From Flectonema sp. DT1601 (Eukaryota): DNA of 64,000 nucleotides. Below, piece after piece: positions 23,444 to 34,839 of this stretch (positions are counted from its first letter, which is position 1; every line of letters starts with the position of its first letter). The stretch is taken from assembly GCA_964019425.1 (NCBI GenBank), contig OZ025780.1:930001-994000 (forward strand), read 5' to 3'. Below the pieces are notes generated by a model. It was not told the origin of the DNA and ran no database searches. It saw only the letters and a program-made list of their open reading frames with translations. Both the position numbers and the translations under genes were made by a program.

Positions 23444-24359
23444 TATTCTTTTTTTTGTATTTTTTTATATTCTTTTTTATTAATTTTGAAAAAAAAACAA
23501 TCAGTTTAGCGTCTTGACCAGGACGGAAAATAGAAAGTAATCGACATAGTCGATCGATAAAAAAAACAATGATAACATTGTTTATTCTTTTTTTTTTTTT
23601 TTTTTTTAAATTCTTTTTATTTATTTTTTAAAGAAAAAAAACGGAAAATAGAAATTAGTCAACAAAGTCGAACGATAAAAAAAAAAACAATGATAACATT
23701 GTTTATTCTTTTTTTTTTTTTTTTTTTTAAATTCTTTTTATTTATTTTGAAAAAAAAAACAATCAGTTTAGCGTCTTGACCAGGACGGAAAATAGAAAGT
23801 AATCGACATAGTCGATCGATAAAAAAAAACAATGATAACATTGTTTATTCTTTTTTTTTTTTTTTTTTTTAAATTCTTTTTATTTATTTTTTAAAGAAAA
23901 AAAACGGAAAATAGAAATTAGTCAACAAAGTCGAACGATAAAAAAAAAAACAATGATAACATTGTTTATTCTTTTTTTTTTATTTTTTTTTTTTTTAATA
24001 TTTTTTTTTATTTTGAAAAAAAAAAACAATCAGTTTAGCGTCTTGACCAGGACGGAAAATAGAAAGTAATCGACATAGTCGATCGATAAAAAAAAACAAT
24101 GATAACATTGTTTATTCTTTTTTTTTATTTTAAATTCTTTTTATTCATTTTTTAAAGAAAAAAAACGGAAAATAGAAATTAGTCGACAAAGTCGAACGAT
24201 AAAAAAAAAAACAATGATAACATTGTTTATTCTTTTTTTTTTTGTATTTTTTTTAATATTCTTTTTTATTAATTTTGAAAAAAAAAAACAATCAGTTTAG
24301 CGTCTTGACCAGGACGGAAAATAGAAAGTGATCGACATAGTCGATCGATAAAAAAACAA
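23444..24359 (-). repeat. Family A satellite array, minus orientation (right part)
   Basis: Reverse-complement units continuing across the pogo TA site. Confidence 0.93.
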
Positions 24360-24639
24360 TTTTTATTAGTATTTATTTATTTGTATTATTTTGTCGATAT
24401 GTTTATGTCCGTTAGATCATAACGTTAATCAGGTTAATTGTCAACTGTTAATTGTAAATGGTCTAAACCCCAATCCAAGTTCCCAAGGCTTGGCATAGAT
24501 TTGAGTGACGCCTTACTGGCCTCCTCATCCTCTATGAGTGGTGAGGGGGCCAGCAATGGTTTTTTTTTTTTTTTCTCTTATTTCTTTTTTTCTTTTTCTT
24601 TTACTCTAATATGAAATATTTTTGAACAAAATGTGATTA

Positions 24640-24674
<35 letters not shown>

Positions 24675-26895
24675 TAAATGAATAATAAAAAAAAAAAAAA
24701 AAAAAACATGCCTTGGGAATACAACCAAAGCCCCAATTAATCGGTCCTTTCTTTTTTCCTTCTTGTCAAGTGATCGCTCCACTCGTCGATCACCAAAACC
24801 GATTGTATTTATATCTGTTCTTTTCTCAACGATCGGCTATACCGATCATTTTTTTTAAAAATAATTGTTTTCTTCTTCTCGACGATCAGATCCAATTGAT
24901 CGACCTTTTCTTTTTTTTTCCTTTATTCCTTCCATCCCTCCCGCTCCCCTTATTTTAATAAAAACAAGATCAGCTCAGCTTGATCGTTAAACTTTTTTTA
25001 TTTATTTATTTATTTTTTTTTTTATTTAAACTGATTGTATTTATATCTGGTTATTTTTCTCAATGATCGGCTATGCCGATCGACCTTTAAAATAATTGTC
25101 TTCTTCTTCTCGACGACCAGATCCAATTGATCGACCTTTTCTTTTTCTTTCCTTTATTCCTTCCATCCCTCCCGCTCCCCTTATTTTAATAAAAACAAGA
25201 TCAGCTCTGCTTGATCGTTATTTATTTATTTATTTATTTATTTTTTTTTTTTTTTGTTGGTCCTAGTCAAGACCTTAAACTGACTAATCGGTCTTAACTT
25301 TAACTAAATGAATGAACCCTTTCCGTTTTCCTTTTTCTCTTTATTACTCTCTATCTGGTCTGTTATGTCATAAATCTCATTTAATTTTATCATTCATTTT
25401 AATTTTCACTGTTTCCCATCTACATTTTATTTTCAAATAGTTCCGGTCTGTCTTTAATTTTAAATAAAACTGATCATGTTAACTCAATATTTTTTCTTAT
25501 GTGCAAGAGATACCAACACGCAAGAGATACCAACGCACATACGAGATACCAGCACTTCCGAGATACCGACACAAAAGAGATACCAAGACACTTAAGATAC
25601 CAGAAATGACAGTGAGAGGTAGAATGAACTCTCCTCCTTGTGTCCGATCCTGATTATTTTTTGTTGAATTGGTAGTGTTACCTCAGTTTGCTACTCTCGT
25701 ATCTGTGTTGTGTTAACTCATGTAAGTGATCTTAACTCCTGTTAAATAAAAAAAAAATTTCAAAAAAAAAGAAATTAAAAAAGAAGAATTTTCAAATGAA
25801 GTTGTATCAACCCCTGCCACCCATTATGATCAATTCCGCTTGTTTTTTTTTTTTTTTTTTTTTTCTTCTTTCTTTTCTTCAAATTTAAAAAATATAAAAG
25901 ATGAAACAATGTTATCATTGTTTTTTTTATCGATCGACTATGTCGATTACTTCCAGTTTTCCGTCCTGGTCAAGACGCTAAACTGATTGTTTTTTTTTTT
26001 TTTTAAAAAATTAATAAAAAGAATATAAAAAAAAAAAAAAAAAAAGAATAAACAATGTTATCATTGTTTTTTATCGTTCGACTTTGTCGACTAATTTCTA
26101 TTTTCCGTTTCTTTTCTTTAAAGAATAAATAAAAAGAATTTAAAATAAAAAAAAGAATAAACAATGTTATCATTGTTTTTTTATCGATCGACTATGTCGA
26201 TTACTTTCTATTTTCCGTCCTGGTCAAGACGCTAAACTGATTGTTTTTTTTTTTTTCAAAATTAATAAAAAAGAATATAAAAAAAAAAAAAAAAAAAAAA
26301 AAAGAATAAACAATGTTATCATTGTTTTTTTTTATTGTTCGACTTTGTTGACTAATTTCTATTTTCCGTTTTTTTTCTTTAAAAAATAAATAAAAAGAAT
26401 ATAAAATAAAAAAAAAGAATAAACAATGTTATCATTGTTTTTTTTATTGTTCGACTTTGTTGACTAATTTCTATTTTCCGTTTTTTTTCTTTAAAAAATA
26501 AATAAAAAGGATTTAAAATAAAAAAAAAGAATAAACAATGTTATCATTGTTTTTTTGTCGATCGACTATGTCGATCACTTTCTATTTTCCGTCCTGGTCA
26601 AGACGCTAAACTGATTGTTTTTTTTCAAAATTAATAAAAAAGAATATAAAAAGAATAAAAAAGAATATAAAAAAGAAAAAAAAAGTGAAAAAAAAATAAT
26701 CCCACCGCGTAAAATGAGAGATTGGGGCCGAACCTTTCCACCTCGTAAAAAATCTCGAAAAATGGATGCATTTTTGACCAACGGCTGCTCGAAGCAAAAC
26801 TGGTTTTCGCGGCCGGTTATTTTTGGAATGACTAATATATATTTTTTTTTTTTTTTTTCATGTTTGATTATTTCCTCTTCATTTTTTTCTTTCTC

Positions 26896-26926
<31 letters not shown>

Positions 26927-27113
26927 TCTCTGCCTCTCTCTTAATTCTGTTCGTTTCTTTGAAACGAAAATTCATTTGAATATTATTCCTTGGTCAGCAA
27001 CCATCATTGTCGCCCTTTGGGCCTGTTAAAAAAAAATAAAAATAAAAAGAAAGTTTACATCGGGAATAGGGCAGGAGCCAAAAGCTCCCAGTCCGTTACT
27101 TCCCACTTTATCG
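24360..27113 (+). mobile_element. Family A element, diverged subfamily copy, 5'-truncated just after the ORF
   Basis: Colinear with ~5070-7000 with substitutions; two 212-bp units, GAGATACC array, short satellite array, tail and terminal hairpin. Confidence 0.85.
26690..26835. mobile_element. One end of a TIR element related to the 32.8-34.4 kb MITE
   Basis: Unique ~140 bp ending GGAATGACTAA|TATATA at the same tail position where the MITE ends GGAATGACTGA|TATATA. Confidence 0.55.
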
Positions 27114-28561
27114 AAAAAAAAAAAAAAAAAAAAGAATAAACAATGTTATCATTGTTTTTTTTTTTATCGTTCGACTTTGTCGACTAATTTCTATTTTCCG
27201 TTTCTTTTCTTTAAAGAATAAATAAAAAGAATTTAAAATAAAAAAAAGAATAAACAATGTTATCATTGTTTTTTTATCGATCGTCTATGTCGATCACTTT
27301 CTATTTTCCGTCCTGGTCAAGACGCTAAACTGATTGTTTTTTTTTTCAAAATTAATAAAAAAAGAATATAAAAAATACAAAAAAAAGAATAAACAATGTT
27401 ATCATTGTTTTTTTTATCGATCGACTATGTCGATTACTTTCTATTTTCCGTCCTGGTCAAGACGCTAAACTGATTGTTTTTTTTTCAAAATTAATAAAAA
27501 AGAATATAAAAAAATACAAAAAAAAGAATAAACAATGTTATCATTGTTTTTTTTATCGATCGACTATGTCGATTACTTTCTATTTTCCGTCCTGGTCAAG
27601 ACGCTAAACTGATTGTTTTTTTTTTCAAAATAAAAAAAAAATATTAAAAAAAAAAAATAAAAAAAAAGAATAAACAATGTTATCATTGTTTTTTTTTATC
27701 GTTCGACTTTGTTGACTAATTTCTATTTTCCGTTTTTTTTCTTTAAAAAATTAATAAAAAGAATTTAAAAAAAAAAAAAAAAAAAAAAAAGAATAAACAA
27801 TGTTATCATTGTTTTTTTTATCGATCGACTATGTCGATTACTTTCTATTTTCCGTCCTGGTCAAGACGCTAAACTGATTGTTTTTTTTTTCAAAATTAAT
27901 AAAAAAGAATATAAAAAAATACAAAAAAAAGAATAAACAATGTTATCATTGTTTTTTTTTATCGTTCGACTTTGTCGACTAATTTCTATTTTCCGTTTTT
28001 TTTTCTTTAAAAAATAAATAAAAAGAATTTAAAATAAAAAAAAAAAAAAGAATAAACAATGTTATCATTGTTTTTTTATCGATCGACTATGTCGATTACT
28101 TTCTATTTTCCGTCCTGGTCAAGACGCTAAACTGATTGTTTTTTTTTTCAAAATTAATAAAAAAGAATATAAAAAAAATAAAAAAAAAAAGAATAAACAG
28201 TGTTATCATTGTTTTTTTTTATCGTTCGACTTTGTTGACTAATTTCTATTTTCCATTTTTTTTCTTTTTAAAAAATAAATAAAAAGAATTAAAATAAAAA
28301 AAAAAAAAAAAAGAATAAACAATGTTATCATTGTTTTTTTTATCGATCGACTATGTCGATTACTTTCTATTTTCCGTCCTGGTCAGGACGCTAAACTGAT
28401 TGTTTTTTCTTTAAAAATAAATAAAAAGAATAAAAAAAAAAAAAAAAAGGAATAAACAATGTTATCATTGTTTTTTTTTTATCGATCGACTATGTCGATT
28501 ACTTACTATTTTCCGTCCTGGTCAAGACGCTAAACTGATTGTTTTTTCTTTAAAATAATTA

Positions 28562-28596
<35 letters not shown>

Positions 28597-28921
28597 AATA
28601 AACAATGTTATCATAGTTTTTTTTTCTATCGATCAACTATGTCGATTAATTTCTATTTTCCGTCCTGATCGAGACGCTAAACTGATTGTTTCCTTTTTTT
28701 AAATAATAAATAAGAAAAAAAAAAAAAAAAAAAAAAAAAAGAGCATCTCCCTGCTATCCCTCATATCCCCACAATAATATTATACCTTTTCATTTTCTCT
28801 TTCCTTTTCTGGTCTTTTTTTTTTCTTTTTTTTCCTTTTTCATACAACGTTTTTTATTTATATATATATTTTTTTTTTTTTTTTTTTCATGTTTGATTAT
28901 TTCCTCTTCATTTTTTTTTTC

Positions 28922-28952
<31 letters not shown>

Positions 28953-29141
28953 CCTCTGCCTCTCTCTTAATTCTGTTCGTTTCTTTGAAACGAAAATTCA
29001 TTTGAATATTATTCCTTGGTCAGCAACCATCATTGTCGCCCTTTGGGCCTGTTAAAAAAAAAAATAAAAATAAAAAGAAAGTTTACATCGGGAATAGGGC
29101 AGGAGCCAAAAGCTCCCAGTCCGTTACTTCCCACTTTATCG
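27114..29141 (+). mobile_element. Family A 3' portion (satellite array, tail, terminal hairpin), in tandem behind the previous copy
   Basis: Starts in an A-tract of the satellite and ends ..CCCACTTTATCG|AAATT. Confidence 0.85.
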
Positions 29142-29145
29142 AAAT

Positions 29146-29485
29146 TCTAGAACTTAGCAATCGTCATCTAAAAAGATTCTTCTGCGATCATGAAAGTTCG
29201 TTGAGGTTGGAGTTCGCTTTTTTTTTTTTTTTGATAAGCGCTCAAAGCAATTACAATTAACAATTAATCTGATTGACGTTATGATCGGACAGACATAAAC
29301 ATATCGACAAAATAATACAAATAATTTAATACTAATAGAAACTAGAACTTAGCAATCGTCATCTAAAAAGATTCTTCTGCGATCATGAGGATTCGTTGAG
29401 GGTGGAGTTCGCTTTTTTTGTGATAGGCGCTCCCTCGGACGCTTTGGGGTCTCATTTTCTTCTTGCGCTTCCTTTTCGGGTGGGT
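29146..29485 (-). pseudogene. Inverted fragments of a diverged family A ORF C-terminus and 3' flank
   Basis: Minus strand reads PPEKEAQEENETPKRPRERLSQKKRTPPSTNPHDRRR versus PPDTEEHEENETPPRKSERSTLKKRTPPSRYRYNRRR. 29250-29340 is the reverse complement of ~24362-24455. A ~95-bp piece is duplicated. Confidence 0.8.
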
Positions 29486-29491
29486 TAAAAC

Positions 29492-30061
29492 CAACTCGTC
29501 AGTGACGGGACGTCGAGAGACAAGACAACCATTACTACATCTACTATTGACTCGGGTTCGCACTTTTCACACATGTTCAGCACCACTGAGCACTATCCAT
29601 CAATATTTGGCGCTGCTAAACAATGTAAGTATCACAATACTCGAGTGAGGACTACTTATGGATGCCAGGGGTGTAAGGTTTTTATGTGTCCTGCACCCTG
29701 TTTTGGCAAATACCACTTAAATCTTACAAAGGGGAGAACATTTGCGTCCCATACCACTACCTCTGTGTCGGGAGGTGCTATCCGGGAAGAATGTACTAAG
29801 GGGAAGACCCCTGCACTCACAACAACATCAAAATTGAAGAGGCGCAAGGAGTCATAAGAACTGAGCTTATTTTTGTCTTTGGTGGTGTTTTCATTTGTTC
29901 TGTTCACCCTTTAGGTGGTGAATGTGTGTGTATTTTTAACGGGCAGGCAATGGCGGTTCACTTTGTCACATCACCTTTCCGAGCCCCCCTACCCCTTTTC
30001 CCCGTTAGCTCTTTTTTCAAAAAAAGTCAAAAAGCCGGGTTTTACCCCCGTCCGTAATGGG
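29492..30061 (+). mobile_element. piggyBac 3' fragment
   Basis: Near-identical reverse complement of 35282-35848; encodes the Cys-rich tail CKYH..CQGC..CPAPCFGKYH; ends ..CCGTAATGGG|TTAA. Confidence 0.9.
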
Positions 30062-30558
30062 TTAAAAATAAATAAAAAGAATTAAAAAAAAAAAAAAAAA
30101 AGAATAAACAATGTTATCATTGTTTTTTTATCGATCGACTATGTCGATTACTTTCTATTTTCCGTCCTGGTCAGGACGCTAAACTGATTGTTTTTTCTTT
30201 AAAAATTAATAAAAAGAATAAAAAAAAAAAAAAAGGAATAAACAATGTTATCATTGTTTTTTTTTATCGATCGACTATGTCGATTACTTTCTATTTTCCG
30301 TCCTGGTCAAGACGCTAAACTGATTGTTTTTTCTTTAAAATAATTAAAAGGATTTAAAAAAAAAAATAAAAAAAAAAGAATAAACAATGTTATCATTGTT
30401 TTTTTTTCTATCGACTATGTCGATTAATTTCTATTTTCCGTCCTGATCGAGACTAAACTGATTGTTTCCTTTTTTTTTTAAATAATAAATAAAAAAAAAA
30501 AATAAAAAAAAAAAAAAAGAGCATCTCCCTGCTATCCCTCATATCCCCACAATAATAT
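30062..30558 (+). repeat. Family A satellite units and start of tail (tail continues 32722-32807 and 34371-34504)
   Basis: Four satellite units including the terminal CCTGATCGAGAC variant, followed by GAGCATCTCCCTGCTATCC. Confidence 0.9.
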
Positions 30559-30559
30559 A

Positions 30560-32721
30560 ACAAGTCTGGGATAATCCCTGCCAGAGGGGCGAGTATTCTA
30601 CCATGGTTGAAATACTCTGGCAACTGATCTTCAATTTTATGTTGTTTGTTAGCTGCTGGTGTATCTTGATTATGTGTTGATACTTGCATTTTTTTTATTT
30701 GTAATCTTCTATTACAATCCTCTTTCTGTTCTGGTCTGTTTCCTCATTTGTCTTGTTTAACTTCAGTTATATCCATTTTACTTTTTATTGTTTCCCATCT
30801 ACTTTTTATTTTCTATTAGTTCTGGTCAGAAACTCCTGGGCAGCAAGAAGGAAAGTAGTTAAGTACTTCTGGGTGTTTGGCATCACCCCCCATAGTGAGC
30901 AAGTACAACAGGTAGCATTGGTAGTCTGTTGATCCTGAGTGATCCCAGCTACAGTTTTGTTTTTCTTTCTTTTTTTTAGAAGAAGATCAGGACATCCAAG
31001 CACTGCTGGATAGTTGCTGAATGCAGGGCCTGCCTGTGGCATTATAATAACAGGCTAAGTCATTTGTAGTTCATAGTTTACCTTTGATTTTATAACTTCA
31101 CACAGGGTACTATGAACGATGAGAGATCCAGTGGGATCACTCAGGGTCTAGTAGAGACCACCAATGTTGTGCGTTGATAGGCAAGGTGACCAACCTTGAC
31201 ATTCTTTCTTTTCTCTCCTGTTGTGACAAACACAAAATACACACACAGTGTGTTCTTTGTGTATGTTTTCTTCAGGTGTGAGTAGTTTTTTTGTTCTTGC
31301 TCTTCAGGGAGGGCCTTAGCCAAAAGCTAACAGTCCAAATCTCACCTGGTAACTTAACTCATTCTTTGTCAGTTTTGGCATCAAACCTGTAATGGTTACA
31401 TTAACTACCATTTCAACAGGTTATTTACTTAATTATTTGTTCTAAAAGTTGCTAAGTATTTCTCACTTAGAAATTTTTTATTTTTTTATTTTCAGCTTAA
31501 TTAGCTACAAATTGTTTCTACTAAGTGTTTCTCACTTAGATTTTTTTTTTGCTTTTCAGCTCCTTAAAAGCTGCTAAGTGTTTCTGCTAAGTGTTTCTCA
31601 CTTAAAATTTTATTTTTATGTTCGTTTTCTATCCCTTCTCCTATCCCTTTTGTTCAAAATAAGCGGGAGGAAATTCTCTCATTCACGCTAAGATGCACTC
31701 TGAACTTTGATTTTTTGATCTGAGTGTGAGGGAATGACCTGTTAGTGCATTGGGCATAAGCTGTGCTGCAGTTTAGATGTCTTAGGTGTTAATAGGGGGT
31801 TCCTCTTAGCATTTTTTCTTTGTTACCACCTTATGATTTTCTTGAAGAAAAAAAATAGAAGTCATAATGGTGCTTCCCTCTGGAGGGGTTGTAAGCCATG
31901 GTGTCCAACTAAATTAAAGGACAAGTCTGGGATAATCCCTGCCAGAGGGGCGAGTATTCTACCATGGTTGAAATACTCTGGCAACTGATCTTCAATTTTA
32001 TGTTGTTTGTTAGCTGCTGGTGTATCTTGATTATGTGTTGATACTTGCATTTTTTTTATTTGTAATCTTCTATTACAATCCTCTTTCTGTTCTGGTCTGT
32101 TTCCTCATTTGTCTTGTTTAACTTCAGTTATATCCATTTTACTTTTTATTGTTTCCCATCTACTTTTTATTTTCTATTAGTTCTGGTCAGAAACTCCTGG
32201 GCAGCAAGAAGGAAAGTAGTTAAGTACTTCTGGGTGTTTGGCATCACCCCCCATAGTGAGCAAGTACAACAGGTAGCATTGGTAGTCTGTTGATCCTGAG
32301 TGATCCCAGCTACAGTTTTGTTTTTCTTTCTTTTTTTTAGAAGAAGATCAGGACATCCAAGCACTGCTGGATAGTTGCTGAATGCAGGGCCTGCCTGTGG
32401 CATTATAATAACAGGCTAAGTCATTTGTAGTTCATAGTTTACCTTTGATTTTATAACTTCACACAGGGTACTATGAACGATGAGAGATCCAGTGGGATCA
32501 CTCAGGGTCTAGTAGAGACCACCAATGTTGTGCGTTGATAGGCAAGGTGACCAACCTTGACATTCTTTCTTTTCTCTCCTGTTGTGACAAACACAAAATA
32601 CACACACAGTGTGTTCTTTGTGTATGTTTTCTTCAGGTGTGAGTAGTTTTTTTGTTCTTGCTCTTCAGGGAGGGCCTTAGCCAAAAGCTAACAGTCCAAA
32701 TCTCACCTGGTAACTTAACTC
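30560..32721 (+). mobile_element. Family C element, 1361-bp unit, ~1.6 tandem copies, inserted in the family A tail
   Basis: ORFs repeat at 30806/32167 and 31141/32502 (period 1361). The host tail AATAATAT|..|ATACCTTTT is restored on removal. Ends ~35 nt after a CAAAA stem-loop. Confidence 0.85.
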
Positions 32722-32807
32722 ATACCTTTTCATTTTCTCTTTCCTTTTCTGGTCTTTTTTTTTCTTCTTTTTTTTCCTTTTTCATACAACGTTTTTTTAT
32801 TTATATA

Positions 32808-33586
32808 TCAGTCATTCCTTTTTTTTGCGAACAAAAAACACCATTTTCTCACCGCCTGAGCAAGGTTACACGATATGTTACTTTTGCTCGATTTTTTATT
32901 TTTTGGAATCGGGGAGGGTGCGATCTGTAAAATTAGGCATAGGGATATACTTTTAAACGTGGTAAGTGCTGCTAAAAAGAGATAAACGTCTCTTTGCAAA
33001 ATTTCCTTGGTACTACTCAATGATAAATATTAATCCCAGACCTGGAATGGAAAGATCGAGAAAATCTGAGTAAAAAACACCCCTAAATTTTTTTTTTTCA
33101 CTATTTTTTCCCCCTTCTCCCGCACTCAAGAGATATGCACCTTTTTACTAACAAATCAACCCTAGTAGCAATTATGTAAGGAAAATGTTGCATCTGTGGT
33201 GGTGATAATGATCATTAAGTATCAAAGTAGGTCCAAAAAGACAGGTAGTAACAATCTGCCTCACCGGCACATGCTTAGTACTCTTTAATATATTTTTGCT
33301 CGATTATTTTTTCTCTGGATCCCGCTGGACCGGCAGTGTAAAATTAGACCCTTCGATTAATTTTTAGTTTTGGTACTTGTCCACGGCTGAGCTGATTTAG
33401 TAAACCACAAAATCTCTTTTCTCAATTCGGGTGACAAGTATGTGATGCCAACCTCCCGATTTCGGACGGAAATGAACCCAATGATGCAGCGCATTAAAAT
33501 GCCGCTTCGATCGAAAATTTTACAATTTTTTTTTGAAAATCTTTTTCAATGTCTAAAATTTGTTCGCAAAAAAAAGGAATGACTGA
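32808..33586. mobile_element. MITE copy 1 (779 bp)
   Basis: TIR TCAGTCATTCCTTTTTTTTGCGAACAAA at both ends, flanked by TATA; no transposase ORF. Confidence 0.9.
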
Positions 33587-33590
33587 TATA

Positions 33591-34370
33591 TCAGTCATTC
33601 CTTTTTTTTGCGAACAAAAAACACCATTTTCTCACCGCCTGAGCAAGGTTACACGATATGTTACTTTTGCTCGATTTTTTATTTTTTGGAATCGGGGAGG
33701 GTGCGATCTGTAAAATTAGGCATAGGGATATACTTTTAAACGTGGTAAGTGCTGCTAAAAAGAGATAAACGTCTCTTTGCAAAATTTCCTTGGTACTACT
33801 CAATGATAAATATTAATCCCAGACCTGGAATGGAAAGATCGAGAAAATCTGAGTAAAAAACACTCCTATTTTTTTTTTTTTTACTATTTTTTTCCCCCTT
33901 CTCCCGCACTCAAGAGATATGCACCTTTTTACTAACAAATCAACCCTAGTAGCAATTATGTAAGGAAAATGTTGCATCTGTGGTGGTGATAATGATCATT
34001 AAGTATCAAAGTAGGTCCAAAAAGACAGGTAGTAACAATCTGCCTCACCGGCACATGCTTAGTACTCTTTAATATATTTTTGCTCGATTATTTTTTCTCT
34101 GGATCCCGCTGGGCCAGCAGTGTAAAATTAGACCCTTCGATTAATTTTTAGTTTTGGTACTTGTCCACGGCTGAGCTGATTTAGTAAACCACAAAATCTC
34201 TTTTCTCAATTCGGGAGACAAGTATGTGATGCCAACCTCCCGATTTCGGACGGAAATGAACCCAACGATGCAGCGCATTAAAATGCCGCTTCGATCGAAA
34301 TTTTTACAATTTTTTTTTGAAAAAAATTTTCAGTGTCCAGAATTTGTTCGCAAAAAAAAGGAATGACTGA
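33591..34370. mobile_element. MITE copy 2, head-to-tail with copy 1
   Basis: Same TIRs; separated from copy 1 by TATA; a few substitutions. Confidence 0.9.
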
Positions 34371-34424
34371 TATATATTTTTTTTTTTTTTTTTCATGTTT
34401 GATTATTTCCTCTTCATATTTTTT

Positions 34425-34458
<34 letters not shown>

Positions 34459-34504
34459 TCTGCCTCTCTCTTAATTCTGTTCGTTTCTTTGAAACGAAAA
34501 TTCA

Positions 34505-34839
34505 CCAGCAAACAAAACAACAATGCCAAAGGAACAGCCACTTATTACTTCCTTCCTGAAGAAGGATGGAAATACACCACCAAAATTTAACAGCAATTTG
34601 AATGATTCAATTTATATGTTCACTTCTAATTATATTTTTCTACTTACAGCACACCAATAAAATATAACTGCACTAAATACATTTTCCTAGTTTATTGTAT
34701 TTTTCACACCTTTTCTTTCACAAGGGGAAAAAAAAAATGGCTGGGCAAAATGTTTGTTAGCAGGGAAATATTCTCGCGGATTTAGGAAAAATGAGAAAAA
34801 CTCGCGGGTTTTTCCCCACAAGAATATTTCCCTTTACAG
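34505..34839 (+). mobile_element. Internally deleted pogo derivative
   Basis: Transposase start (MPKEQPLITSFLKKDGNTPP) fused to the 3' terminal ~250 bp, ending TTCCCTTTACAG|TA in satellite. Confidence 0.85.
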
